This document shows, in pieces, positions 9,994 through 19,300 of a DNA stretch of 64,000 nt (positions are counted from its first letter, which is position 1; the number at the start of each line of letters is the position of its first letter). The position numbers were made by a program, and so were the translations under genes. The notes under the pieces were generated by a model. That model was not told where the DNA came from, did no database searches, and saw only the letters and a program-made list of their open reading frames with translations. Source of the stretch: a virus; the IMG/VR virus record IMGVR_UViG_3300042564_000781, positions 32,001 through 96,000 of that record. One strand, 5' to 3'.

Positions 9994-11073
9994 ATGTCAA
10001 AGATATTAAAAATTACCGATGGTGATTATAAGATTAAAACCAGAAACTATGGCAGTATCACTTTAGATACTGGCATTGAAGTGGGTGAAGTAATTGTTAC
10101 TGGTTCCTTGACAGTACGAGGGAATACAACAACAGTTAATTCTGAAACTTTAACTATTGTTGACCAACGTATTGAACTTAATGTTGGCGAATCTGGGCCG
10201 GGAGTAACAACTAAACCAACTGACACTAGTTTAGAGTCAGGAATTTTAATCCATCGTGGTGCTAATAATACTGCTGCTAGTAGAGATGTTCTAGTAGTGT
10301 TCAAAGAAGTAGAGCCAGGCTTCCCATCAACTGCCATTGCCGGGCGCGGCACAATACAATTCAAATATTCTAACGGCGATCCAGTTGCTATCAGCACTAA
10401 CAGTATTAGTGTGCCAGGTAACGGAAATCTTGGATTGATTAATGCAGGTAATGGTTATGTTACAGTATCTGGTACTACTAATTATGAACTCAATGCGTTT
10501 AGTTATACTGCATGGAATCTCGCTGGCAGTCCACGTGCAGCATATGCTATTCCTAACGCATTGATAACAGTAGTTGACGATGACGTTATACCAAATGCAA
10601 AAGGTCTGGTGGACTTTGTTGATGCATCACTTTACTATTATAGAAGTCCTTTGCTATCAGAAGGCGATACTACAGTAAGAACATACGATGCCCAGGCACC
10701 TTTCTTAAATTCACCTAGTAGAATTGAGTTTACAGTTGACGGCAGTTTAAGAGGAAAATTTATTGCCACAGGATTAGATGTTGATAATGTTAATATTTTT
10801 ACAAATACTATTAATAACGCAACTAACAATTTAATTTTATCTGCTACAACTACTAATACTGTAGAAGTCAATGCATTGTTACAGTTAAATAATCAAGCAA
10901 GTGATATAACCGTAGCAGTAACAACTGCAACTCAAATATATACAAAAGCTGCTGAAGGTCCTGGACGTACTGGAATTTATTTTACCAACGATACAGCCTA
11001 TGGAGCAAACGCATATAACAACGATGAATTAGTAAGTAAGAACAGAGCAGTATTGCTAAGTATCTTACTATAA
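9994..11073 (+). CDS. Virion structural/fibre protein
   Basis: VTGSLTVRGNTTTVNSETLTIVD fibre motif; hydrophobic C-terminus RAVLLSILL. Confidence 0.65.
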   Translation: MSKILKITDGDYKIKTRNYGSITLDTGIEVGEVIVTGSLTVRGNTTTVNSETLTIVDQRIELNVGESGPGVTTKPTDTSLESGILIHRGANNTAASRDVLVVFKEVEPGFPSTAIAGRGTIQFKYSNGDPVAISTNSISVPGNGNLGLINAGNGYVTVSGTTNYELNAFSYTAWNLAGSPRAAYAIPNALITVVDDDVIPNAKGLVDFVDASLYYYRSPLLSEGDTTVRTYDAQAPFLNSPSRIEFTVDGSLRGKFIATGLDVDNVNIFTNTINNATNNLILSATTTNTVEVNALLQLNNQASDITVAVTTATQIYTKAAEGPGRTGIYFTNDTAYGANAYNNDELVSKNRAVLLSILL

Positions 11074-11082
11074 GGAAAGAAC

Positions 11083-11415
11083 ATGGCGATTAAAAATACA
11101 GCAATTCCAGCAACAACTGATACGGCAATTTATACTAGTAGCGGAAATAATGCTATTACAACTATCATTGTATGCAATACTAATACAACTCCTACTACTG
11201 GAGATAGAACATTAACATTGTATGCAGTAGAACACTCTGGTGCAGCCGTAGGAACTCCTAGTACTGGAAATATGATAGTTCAAACTTTAACAATTCCTGC
11301 AGGGGATACTATAAGTTTTGATCAAGAAAAAATGGTGTTAGCTGACTTTGATAGTGTTGTAGCTTATGCCAGCGGAACTGGAATAACAGCAACAGTAAGT
11401 ACATTACCGGTATAA
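11083..11415 (+). CDS. Small virion protein (110 aa), paralog family A copy 1
   Basis: Shares YT / IIVCN / IPAG / MVL pattern with the 22227 and 41964 proteins. Confidence 0.7.
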   Translation: MAIKNTAIPATTDTAIYTSSGNNAITTIIVCNTNTTPTTGDRTLTLYAVEHSGAAVGTPSTGNMIVQTLTIPAGDTISFDQEKMVLADFDSVVAYASGTGITATVSTLPV

Positions 11416-11419
11416 GACA

Positions 11420-12178
11420 ATGAGATTTTTAAAAACGTTAACACTCAATCGTAGATCAGTTTATGATGACAGATTAGCTATCAATACTGATAGCGAAGTC
11501 ATTATGAATACTACTGCGTCACTGTTAGTACCTTACGGAACTACTGGCGAACGTACTAGTGACGTTAACGGCATGGTCCGATACAATGCCACTACGAAAG
11601 AATTTGAAGGATATCAAGGCGGCGTAGCAGGAGCAACAGGTGGAGGTCAATGGCGTCCTTTTAGATTTAAAGAACCTAATGGTGTTGTTTTACAAGATGT
11701 TGGACCAGCTGATGGACCAACGGATACTCAAACTGTATTTGGTCCATTAACGCCTGATCCATTTTTATACGCTACCCACCAATCTGATATAGATACAAAT
11801 TCAGTACTGTACCCTTCAGGTTGGGTTGCTGGCCAAATGGCTAAAAATATACTAGTAATTACTGAAACTATTGTGCAACTAGGTGGTGTAAACTTTAACA
11901 TTGTACAAGATCCAACTACTACTGGAACAGGCGATGAAATTACAACCGGTGCATTTGTAGACGGCGTTGAGTATGTAATTACTAATGTAGGCGATACCGA
12001 CTTCATTGCATTGGGTGCAAGTGCAAATACAGTTGGGGTCGTTTTCACTACTGCACCAGCAAGCGGTGGTGGCAACGGCACTACAGGTAAAGTAAGAAAG
12101 ACAGGCACATACTTAGAGTTTTACACTGCGGTTCCTGCAGGCCGTTCTGTGCATATTATTCACAACCTAAACCAATAA
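11420..12178 (+). CDS. Virion structural protein
   Basis: LVPYGTTGER...GMVRYNATTKEFEGY motif also found in the neighbouring fibre C-termini. Confidence 0.65.
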   Translation: MRFLKTLTLNRRSVYDDRLAINTDSEVIMNTTASLLVPYGTTGERTSDVNGMVRYNATTKEFEGYQGGVAGATGGGQWRPFRFKEPNGVVLQDVGPADGPTDTQTVFGPLTPDPFLYATHQSDIDTNSVLYPSGWVAGQMAKNILVITETIVQLGGVNFNIVQDPTTTGTGDEITTGAFVDGVEYVITNVGDTDFIALGASANTVGVVFTTAPASGGGNGTTGKVRKTGTYLEFYTAVPAGRSVHIIHNLNQ

Positions 12179-12186
12179 CAATCTAC

Positions 12187-12194
12187 TATAAATA
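12187..12194 (+). promoter_or_regulatory. Late promoter TATAAATA
   Basis: Exact T4 late consensus, followed by GGAG SD and ATG 12212. Confidence 0.8.
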
Positions 12195-12211
12195 GTGTAT
12201 TGGAGCTGAAT

Positions 12212-15200
12212 ATGGCGAATGCACTAGGTAGAATTTCTGGTCAATTATTAAAAAATAACCTAACCCGCAACGGCCAGGATCTTGTATTTGACGATCTTGG
12301 CACTACTGATCCCGTATTAAAACTCAATGTAACTAATCGTTATGTTAGCATTAACTCTGACACTACATTAAGAGATTTATTTGTTAACGAAAAGATACGT
12401 ACTACTAATTTAATATCTGTAGATCGATTAAACGATCCGTTAGACGCATCCCCTCTCAAATTAAGCATTAGTGGAACTACCATTATTTCTAGAGATAATC
12501 TTAATTTTTCCGCAGCCACGCAAGTAAATGCAAACATTATTCATACTGATAACATACGTATTGATAACAGGGTAATATCAACTAGAACTCTTAATACAAC
12601 TTTAGATTTTAGTCCAGCAGGATCATTAGACATTTATAATGTGTTAAATGTCACTGGTAACTTACGAGCATGGGATGCTGGACCTGGAACTGGAAATATT
12701 ACCCTAGACGGTAATATTACGTTTGGCAGCACAGACCAATCTGGAACTAATGCAGATACCATTTCGTTTAATGCAGATATCAATACTGATATTAATCCTA
12801 ATCTAGATGAAACATATCGGTTAGGATCTACTACACAACGTTGGGAAGGGTTATATACTGAACTAATTAATGGTGAACAGGTATCAACAATAGGACTATC
12901 TTCCAGCGGCGTTAATTTAGTATTGAGACCTGGAAAAAGTTGGTACGTTGCTACTAACGGGTCAGACACAAATGTTGGCAATCATCAGAGTGGCCCCTTT
13001 GCCACAATTAAACATGCGCTCGACGAATCATCTGCCGGCGACACTGTTTACATTTATCCAGGAACCTATACAGAACAATTTCCGCTAACGGTCCCAGTTG
13101 GGGTAGCTGTTAAAGGTACCGGCATTCGCTCAGTAACGGTGCAACCTACTGCGCTTACACAGTCAAACAATGCGTTTTTACTCAACGGTGAAACTACTGT
13201 TAGTGATTTAACCGTTAAGGATTTTTATGCTCCAGGTTACGCATTTAGTTTTGCTCCTGGATTTACTGTATCTACCCGTAGTCCTTATGTACAAAATATA
13301 ACAGTACTCACAAAAGGTAGTGTTACATCGCCAACTGATCCGAGAGGATTTGACGAAGGTGATGCAGGCGGCGGCGCCTATGTTGACGGTAGTCTGGCAA
13401 CATCAGCTAGTAAAGAAGCTAGTATGTTGTTCCACAGTGTAACATTTATTACCCCGGGTGTAGATGCTCTAACAATGACCAACGGTGTTCGTGTAGAGTG
13501 GTTAAACTCGTTTACTTACTTTGCTAATAAAGGTCTATATGCAACAAACGGTACACTGGGGTTTGGCAGTTCTGTTGTAGGTTTTGACAGCATCGTAGGA
13601 TTTTACGGACAAAACGGAGTTGTATTAACTGGCGATGGCTCTAAAACTGTCACCGTCAATGTTTCTCTTACTGGTCTAATTACTATTGTTAGCATAGACG
13701 TTGGTGCTGTATCCGGATATTATATATCAACTGGTGGCACAACCTGGGTTGTTACTTTAGGAAAGTTTGGCGCTGAACTACGTAGTATAGGATCTGCAAA
13801 CGTCTATGGTAACTACGGCGCCGAAGCAGATGGTGCAAGTACACTAATGTACTTGATACAGCATAATTTTGCCTATATTGGAACTGGAAAAGATTTTAGT
13901 AATGATATATCGTTAGTAATTCAAGCCAACGAAACAGTAGAACTTAATAGCGGAAAAATATATTATCAAGGTTATAATAGAGGCAAGTGGAGAGTAGGCG
14001 ACGCATTTAGTGTTGATCATGCAACTGGTATAATATCTATTAACGGAGTTTCAGTAAGTGCTGGAGGTGTTACATCGATTAATTTTCTTAACGGCACAGA
14101 CGAAACAGTTATTAATTCTAGACAAGTAACTACCGGTAACGTTAAATTTAGCAATAATTTAATAACAACTTTATCGGGCCCAATTAATTTAGTCGGCGGC
14201 ACCGGAGAGATTAACTTAAATGCTAACACATCTGTAACTGATAACTTAGATATTACTGGCAATCTCAACACTGACGGTACTCTAACTATTGGTAATGCAT
14301 ACATTGACATTGTTAGATTTGAAGCTCCTGTAGAATTTGATCTACGTCCCAAAACAGATGACGATTATACTCTAGGTGGTCCAACAAACAAACGTTGGGA
14401 CTTTGTATACCTAGACACTTCGTACATCGGCAACTACAAATTAGAAAATGCTACTATCTCAACAGTAGCAGGCAGTGCTGACGTTGAGCTAAGAGCTGAC
14501 GGTGCCGGAAGAATTTTTGTAAATCAAGACAATGCTGAATTTGATCAAGATTTAACAGTTGACGGTACAACTACTTTAAAAACTACAATAATAACCGGCG
14601 AGCTAACACAATACGGTGATTACTTACAAACAGGTAACACTCTACAAACTGGTAATAGAGAGATTACCAATACATTAGATGTAACTAACAACGTATATTT
14701 TGATAACATAAACATTGTTGACAATAGAATTCTTACCACAAATTCTAATGACAATTTAGAATTACGTGCAGTTGGTTCAGGCATTGTAGTGTTCAATGAT
14801 AATACACAGTTTAGTCAAGCAGCCCTATTTGGTACATTAGAAACCAATGGACTAACCAACTCTGGAACGATTACATCAGACATTTTTACAGACGGTGATA
14901 TAGAGATTAATGACAACTATATTACTACGACTGTGGGTAATAACGATCTTAGACTAGTCCCTAACGGCACAGGAAAAGTATCATTACCTTTAGATCCTGT
15001 AGCAATAACTCAAAAGTTAACTGTAGAAGACGATGCTATACTAAAAAATGTTGCAATCAACGGAGATCTAGATCACCTAGGTAATACTACGCAAACAGGT
15101 AACGTAGTTCAAACTGGAAACTTTGAGCTATCAACGGATCTAACAGTCACGGGAACCGATGCATTCTTTACAGATGTACGTATAATTAACAATCGTATTG

Positions 15201-16213
15201 CAACATCAACAGGAAGTAATAACTTAGAGCTACGTGCCAACGGCACTGCAATTATTAAAATTGCAGATAGTGCTGCTTTTGGACAACCACTAACTGTTAA
15301 CGGCGTCACAACAACTTCTACAATTAGTGCTACAACTGGAACAATCACATCAGATATATTCTCAGATAGTGATATAGAAATTAACGACAATTATATCACA
15401 ACCACTGTTGGAAATAACAATTTAATTTTAGCAGGTAGTACTACTGGCGGTCCTAAACTTGAACAAATTAAATTTAATGCAAGCACTATTAGTACAGAAA
15501 CTACCAATCAAGGATTTACCTTAACAATTCCTAGTGGCAATCTTAATATTAACGCAGCCACTGCCTTAAAAGTTCCAGTTGGAACCACAATAGATCGTCC
15601 AACATTGACCCAAGGTGAGTTTAGATTTAACTCAACTGACAATTTATTTAGAGGATACAGTTCAGCTACAGTTAGTTTTGCAGGAGTATATTCTGCAGAC
15701 AGACGGACTTCAGTGCTAGCGCACCCAACAAATAATACACTATTGTTTACTACTAATACCTTAAACAATATGACGGTTAGTGCATCTGGGTTAACTGTAA
15801 ACTCACTCACTGTTGATAACAATACAACATTTGCAACTAACATAATTTCAACAGCAGTTACTAATAATGACTTGTTCTTAACTCCTAATGGTCTAGGCAA
15901 GGTAGTGATAGATGACATTTCATTATTAAGCAATGAAATTATTAACTCGGCCAATACCGCACTAGTCTTACAAAACACTGGAAGTGGATATGTAAGATTT
16001 GGAGGCACAGGTGGTATTGCACTACCTGCTGGTCCTACAGTAGTTGACACTACTGGAGTAGAACTAGGTGACCTTCGCTATAATACAGACTTGAGCATTC
16101 CAGAAATATTTAACGGAGTTGACTATGTTGGCTTTGTTTCAGAAAATGCCGCACTGCTCAGCGCAGACGAAGTCCAAGAGATTACCAATCTTTGGGCCCT
16201 TGTAATCGGTTAA
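12212..16213 (+). CDS. Long tail fibre/appendage protein (1333 aa), paralog of 16333
   Basis: Start moved from TTG 12200 to ATG 12212 (SD, paralog alignment). YVATNGSD...PFATIKHAL...VYIYPGTYTE pectin-lyase-like entry motif and repeated I.T...N.DL.L...GTG shaft units. Confidence 0.75.
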   Translation: MANALGRISGQLLKNNLTRNGQDLVFDDLGTTDPVLKLNVTNRYVSINSDTTLRDLFVNEKIRTTNLISVDRLNDPLDASPLKLSISGTTIISRDNLNFSAATQVNANIIHTDNIRIDNRVISTRTLNTTLDFSPAGSLDIYNVLNVTGNLRAWDAGPGTGNITLDGNITFGSTDQSGTNADTISFNADINTDINPNLDETYRLGSTTQRWEGLYTELINGEQVSTIGLSSSGVNLVLRPGKSWYVATNGSDTNVGNHQSGPFATIKHALDESSAGDTVYIYPGTYTEQFPLTVPVGVAVKGTGIRSVTVQPTALTQSNNAFLLNGETTVSDLTVKDFYAPGYAFSFAPGFTVSTRSPYVQNITVLTKGSVTSPTDPRGFDEGDAGGGAYVDGSLATSASKEASMLFHSVTFITPGVDALTMTNGVRVEWLNSFTYFANKGLYATNGTLGFGSSVVGFDSIVGFYGQNGVVLTGDGSKTVTVNVSLTGLITIVSIDVGAVSGYYISTGGTTWVVTLGKFGAELRSIGSANVYGNYGAEADGASTLMYLIQHNFAYIGTGKDFSNDISLVIQANETVELNSGKIYYQGYNRGKWRVGDAFSVDHATGIISINGVSVSAGGVTSINFLNGTDETVINSRQVTTGNVKFSNNLITTLSGPINLVGGTGEINLNANTSVTDNLDITGNLNTDGTLTIGNAYIDIVRFEAPVEFDLRPKTDDDYTLGGPTNKRWDFVYLDTSYIGNYKLENATISTVAGSADVELRADGAGRIFVNQDNAEFDQDLTVDGTTTLKTTIITGELTQYGDYLQTGNTLQTGNREITNTLDVTNNVYFDNINIVDNRILTTNSNDNLELRAVGSGIVVFNDNTQFSQAALFGTLETNGLTNSGTITSDIFTDGDIEINDNYITTTVGNNDLRLVPNGTGKVSLPLDPVAITQKLTVEDDAILKNVAINGDLDHLGNTTQTGNVVQTGNFELSTDLTVTGTDAFFTDVRIINNRIATSTGSNNLELRANGTAIIKIADSAAFGQPLTVNGVTTTSTISATTGTITSDIFSDSDIEINDNYITTTVGNNNLILAGSTTGGPKLEQIKFNASTISTETTNQGFTLTIPSGNLNINAATALKVPVGTTIDRPTLTQGEFRFNSTDNLFRGYSSATVSFAGVYSADRRTSVLAHPTNNTLLFTTNTLNNMTVSASGLTVNSLTVDNNTTFATNIISTAVTNNDLFLTPNGLGKVVIDDISLLSNEIINSANTALVLQNTGSGYVRFGGTGGIALPAGPTVVDTTGVELGDLRYNTDLSIPEIFNGVDYVGFVSENAALLSADEVQEITNLWALVIG

Positions 16214-16224
16214 AACCCAAAACA

Positions 16225-16232
16225 GCTAAATA
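16225..16232 (+). promoter_or_regulatory. Late promoter-like GCTAAATA
   Basis: TAAATA core at start of the 119-nt intergenic region. Confidence 0.6.
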
Positions 16233-16240
16233 CAATTACT

Positions 16241-16315
16241 GTAAAAGTTGGCAAACTTTTACGATATTAAACTGTGGTAAACCCGCAATGCAAGGTGGTT
16301 AACCGTGAAACACGG
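16241..16315 (+). promoter_or_regulatory. Candidate structured 5' leader (three hairpins)
   Basis: GTAAAAGTT/AACTTTTAC 16241-16262, TGTGG/CCGCA 16273-16287, CCGTG/CACGG 16303-16315 before AAGGAG SD. Confidence 0.45.
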
Positions 16316-16332
16316 GGTCTAAAGGAGCACTC

Positions 16333-19300
16333 ATGAGCCAGCTTGGTCGTATTTCCGGTCAATTATTAAAAGACAACCTAACCCGCAACGGCCATGACTT
16401 AACGTTTGACAAGATTGTAGATGCTGATCCACTTGTAGCTAAAGACGGACTGCTTCATTTAGACGTTACTAACCGCAGAGTTGGTATTAATACTGAAACA
16501 CCAGAATACGATTTAGACGTAGACGGTACAACAAGAACAACTGAGTTAGAAGTTACAACTCAAGCAGATATTGCTGACTTAACATTTACCACTGACACCA
16601 TTACCAGCAATACTGGCATACTAAATCTAGCCAACGGCACCGGTGATCAGATTAATTATCAAGCAAAACTAGTAGTTGATAATGTTGAACTTGAAAATAA
16701 TGTTATCTCAACTAACGCAGGCGCAAATTTAGAATTACGTCCAGATGGCACAGGCACGGTGGACATCTATGCAGACACTAATGTCTATGGTAATGTCTAT
16801 GTAACAGGTAATATTCGTGCAGACGGCAACATTACTGTTGGTGATGCAAATACAGACAACATCACAATTAACGCTGATGTTAACAGCAATATTATTCCTG
16901 ACGCTGATATTACATACCAATTAGGTAATGGCGGCACTGGCTATGTTGCAGATACAGAATTTACACTAGGTGACGTTGTAGTTACAGTAAGCGGATCAGG
17001 AACAATAGTAACATTATCAATCCCTGCAGCTGGCCCTACCTGGGTAGATACACTGACTGATAACGACATTGGTAAATCTTACCAATTAGCTATAGACGGT
17101 ACACCGGGAAGCTACTCAGTAACCACATCAGGCGTATGGTCTGGCACAAATCCACAAGTAGTATCGACAACAAATGACGGTCTATTAGACGGCACGTATA
17201 ATGTTAGCTCGATTAGGTTTGATCAAAAGCGTTGGGTAGACGTATGGGTTAAAAATTTATATACTGATGCTATTGTAACTGGAGACATCACAGTTGACAG
17301 CATTAATTTGAATTTAGTACAGGGTAAGATCTATTACGTTTCCACAAACGGTTCAGATACTAATGCAGGGCAGCATCAAAACGATCCGTTTGCCTCTGTT
17401 AAACATGCCTTAAGTATAGCTACTGCTGATGATACTGTTTACATCTATCCAGGTACTTATACTGAACAATTTCCCCTAACTGTCCCAACGGGAGTAGTAG
17501 TCAAGGGCACTGGCATTCGTTCAGTAAAAATTGTTCCTACTACAGCTACACGTTATAATGATGCGTTTTTACTTAATGGTGAAACAACTGTTGAAGACGT
17601 GACCATTGCAGATTACTTCAGCGGCGGAAACTATTTTGCAGTTACCTCAGCAGGCGTTGGCGAAACAGTAATGAATGTTGGCACTGCACCATTTGCTCAC
17701 ACATGGGTAAGTAGCGGAACTATTAATATTTCTGGTACAGCGTATAGTATCATTGCTGCTGTATACTCTCACACTACCGGAGTATTAACAGTAAATCATG
17801 TAGGCCCAGATGCAACCAGTGCAAGCCCCGTGTTCTTATCCGGACTAATATTCAGCTGCAATGGTGGCAATAGAGTGTTTCCAGATAATGGATATGCATT
17901 CCGTTTTGCAACAGACTTTGCAGTCTCTAGTCGTAGTCCATACATTCGAAATATTACAGTTCTAACCAAAGGCAGTGTAACTAGTTTATCAGACCCACTA
18001 GGTTACGATGCAGGAGATGCTGGTAAAGGCGCCTACATTGACGGTGCTTATGCAACATCTGTGAGCAAAGAAGCCAGCATGTTATTCCACTCTGCGACAT
18101 TTATCTGTCCGGGTGTTGATGTAATTGTTGCTACTAACGGTGCTCGAGTAGAATGGTTAAATTCATTCACCTACTATGCAAATCGCAGCATGTATCTGTA
18201 CAGCAGTGCAGACGGATTTGCTAGTGACGGTAAGACAAGAGTTAAGATCGTCAACACAACAGGCACCTGGGCAGTTGGTAATACATTAAGCTACTATGAC
18301 ACAGACGGTACAACGGTATTAGCCTCAGGTATTATTGAAAGTATCGACGGTGATTTTTACAATATTGATACTCGTGTATTAGGATTTGAACAAATACAAG
18401 ACCGTGCTGGTAAGACAATAACAGTTCACGGCAATGCAAAACTTAGCACATCTGTTAAGAAATTTGGCACAGCAAGTTTAGCATTAGATGGTACTGGCGA
18501 TTATCTTTCTGTTGCAAGCCAGCCTGACTTTGCTTTTCCGTCAACTATATCAAGAATTGCTAAAACAATTACTGCCAACGGTAATGCCGCAGTCAGCGCA
18601 ACAGAAAGTAAGTTTGGCGGAAGCAGTATTGCGTTTGACGGCACAGGTGACTATCTCAGCATTGCTACAGATACAGATTATGGATTTGGCACAGGCGATT
18701 TTACTATTGAAGGCTGGTTCTATAAAACAGTAGTAGCTACACAATACTTGTTTGATACAAGAACAACTCTAAATGAAAATTCAATTGCCGTTCAGTCCAA
18801 TGGTTCGGGAAGTTTAAGATTATTTGTAAATGGCGCATTTGTACTAACATCTAGTAATGCTCATACTAACAATGCTTGGAATCATCTTGCTATCTGTCGC
18901 GCTGGCGGCGTAACAAGATTCTTTATAAATGGTGTGGTATCTACTACTACCCACACTGACGCAACCAACTATGGAACTACTAAGCCTCTAGTAGTGGGTG
19001 CTCAATACAACGGTACAACAGCATTTGCTGGTTATATCGATGACTTTAGAGTAAGCAATACTGCAAGATATACTGCAACATTTACCCCTAGTGCTGTAGT
19101 ATTCACTAACGACGTTAATACTAAATTATTAGTTCATGGAGATACAGACATCTCCGATGACGTTGGCGGAACAATAACTAGTTTTACAATTGAATCTTGG
19201 ATTTATAATACTGGCGGCCAAAGTGCTGTCCAGGTAATTTTTGATTTTAGAACAGCAACTCCACAAGCAGCTCCATTTTTAAATATTCAAGCCGGCGGTA

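Noticed and set aside
16241-16320. c-di-GMP-I riboswitch or tRNA suggested by GGCAAAC and GAAA loops
   Set aside because: GGCAAAC lies within its own closed hairpin and the expected second stem/receptor and cloverleaf features are absent; kept only as an unclassified leader.
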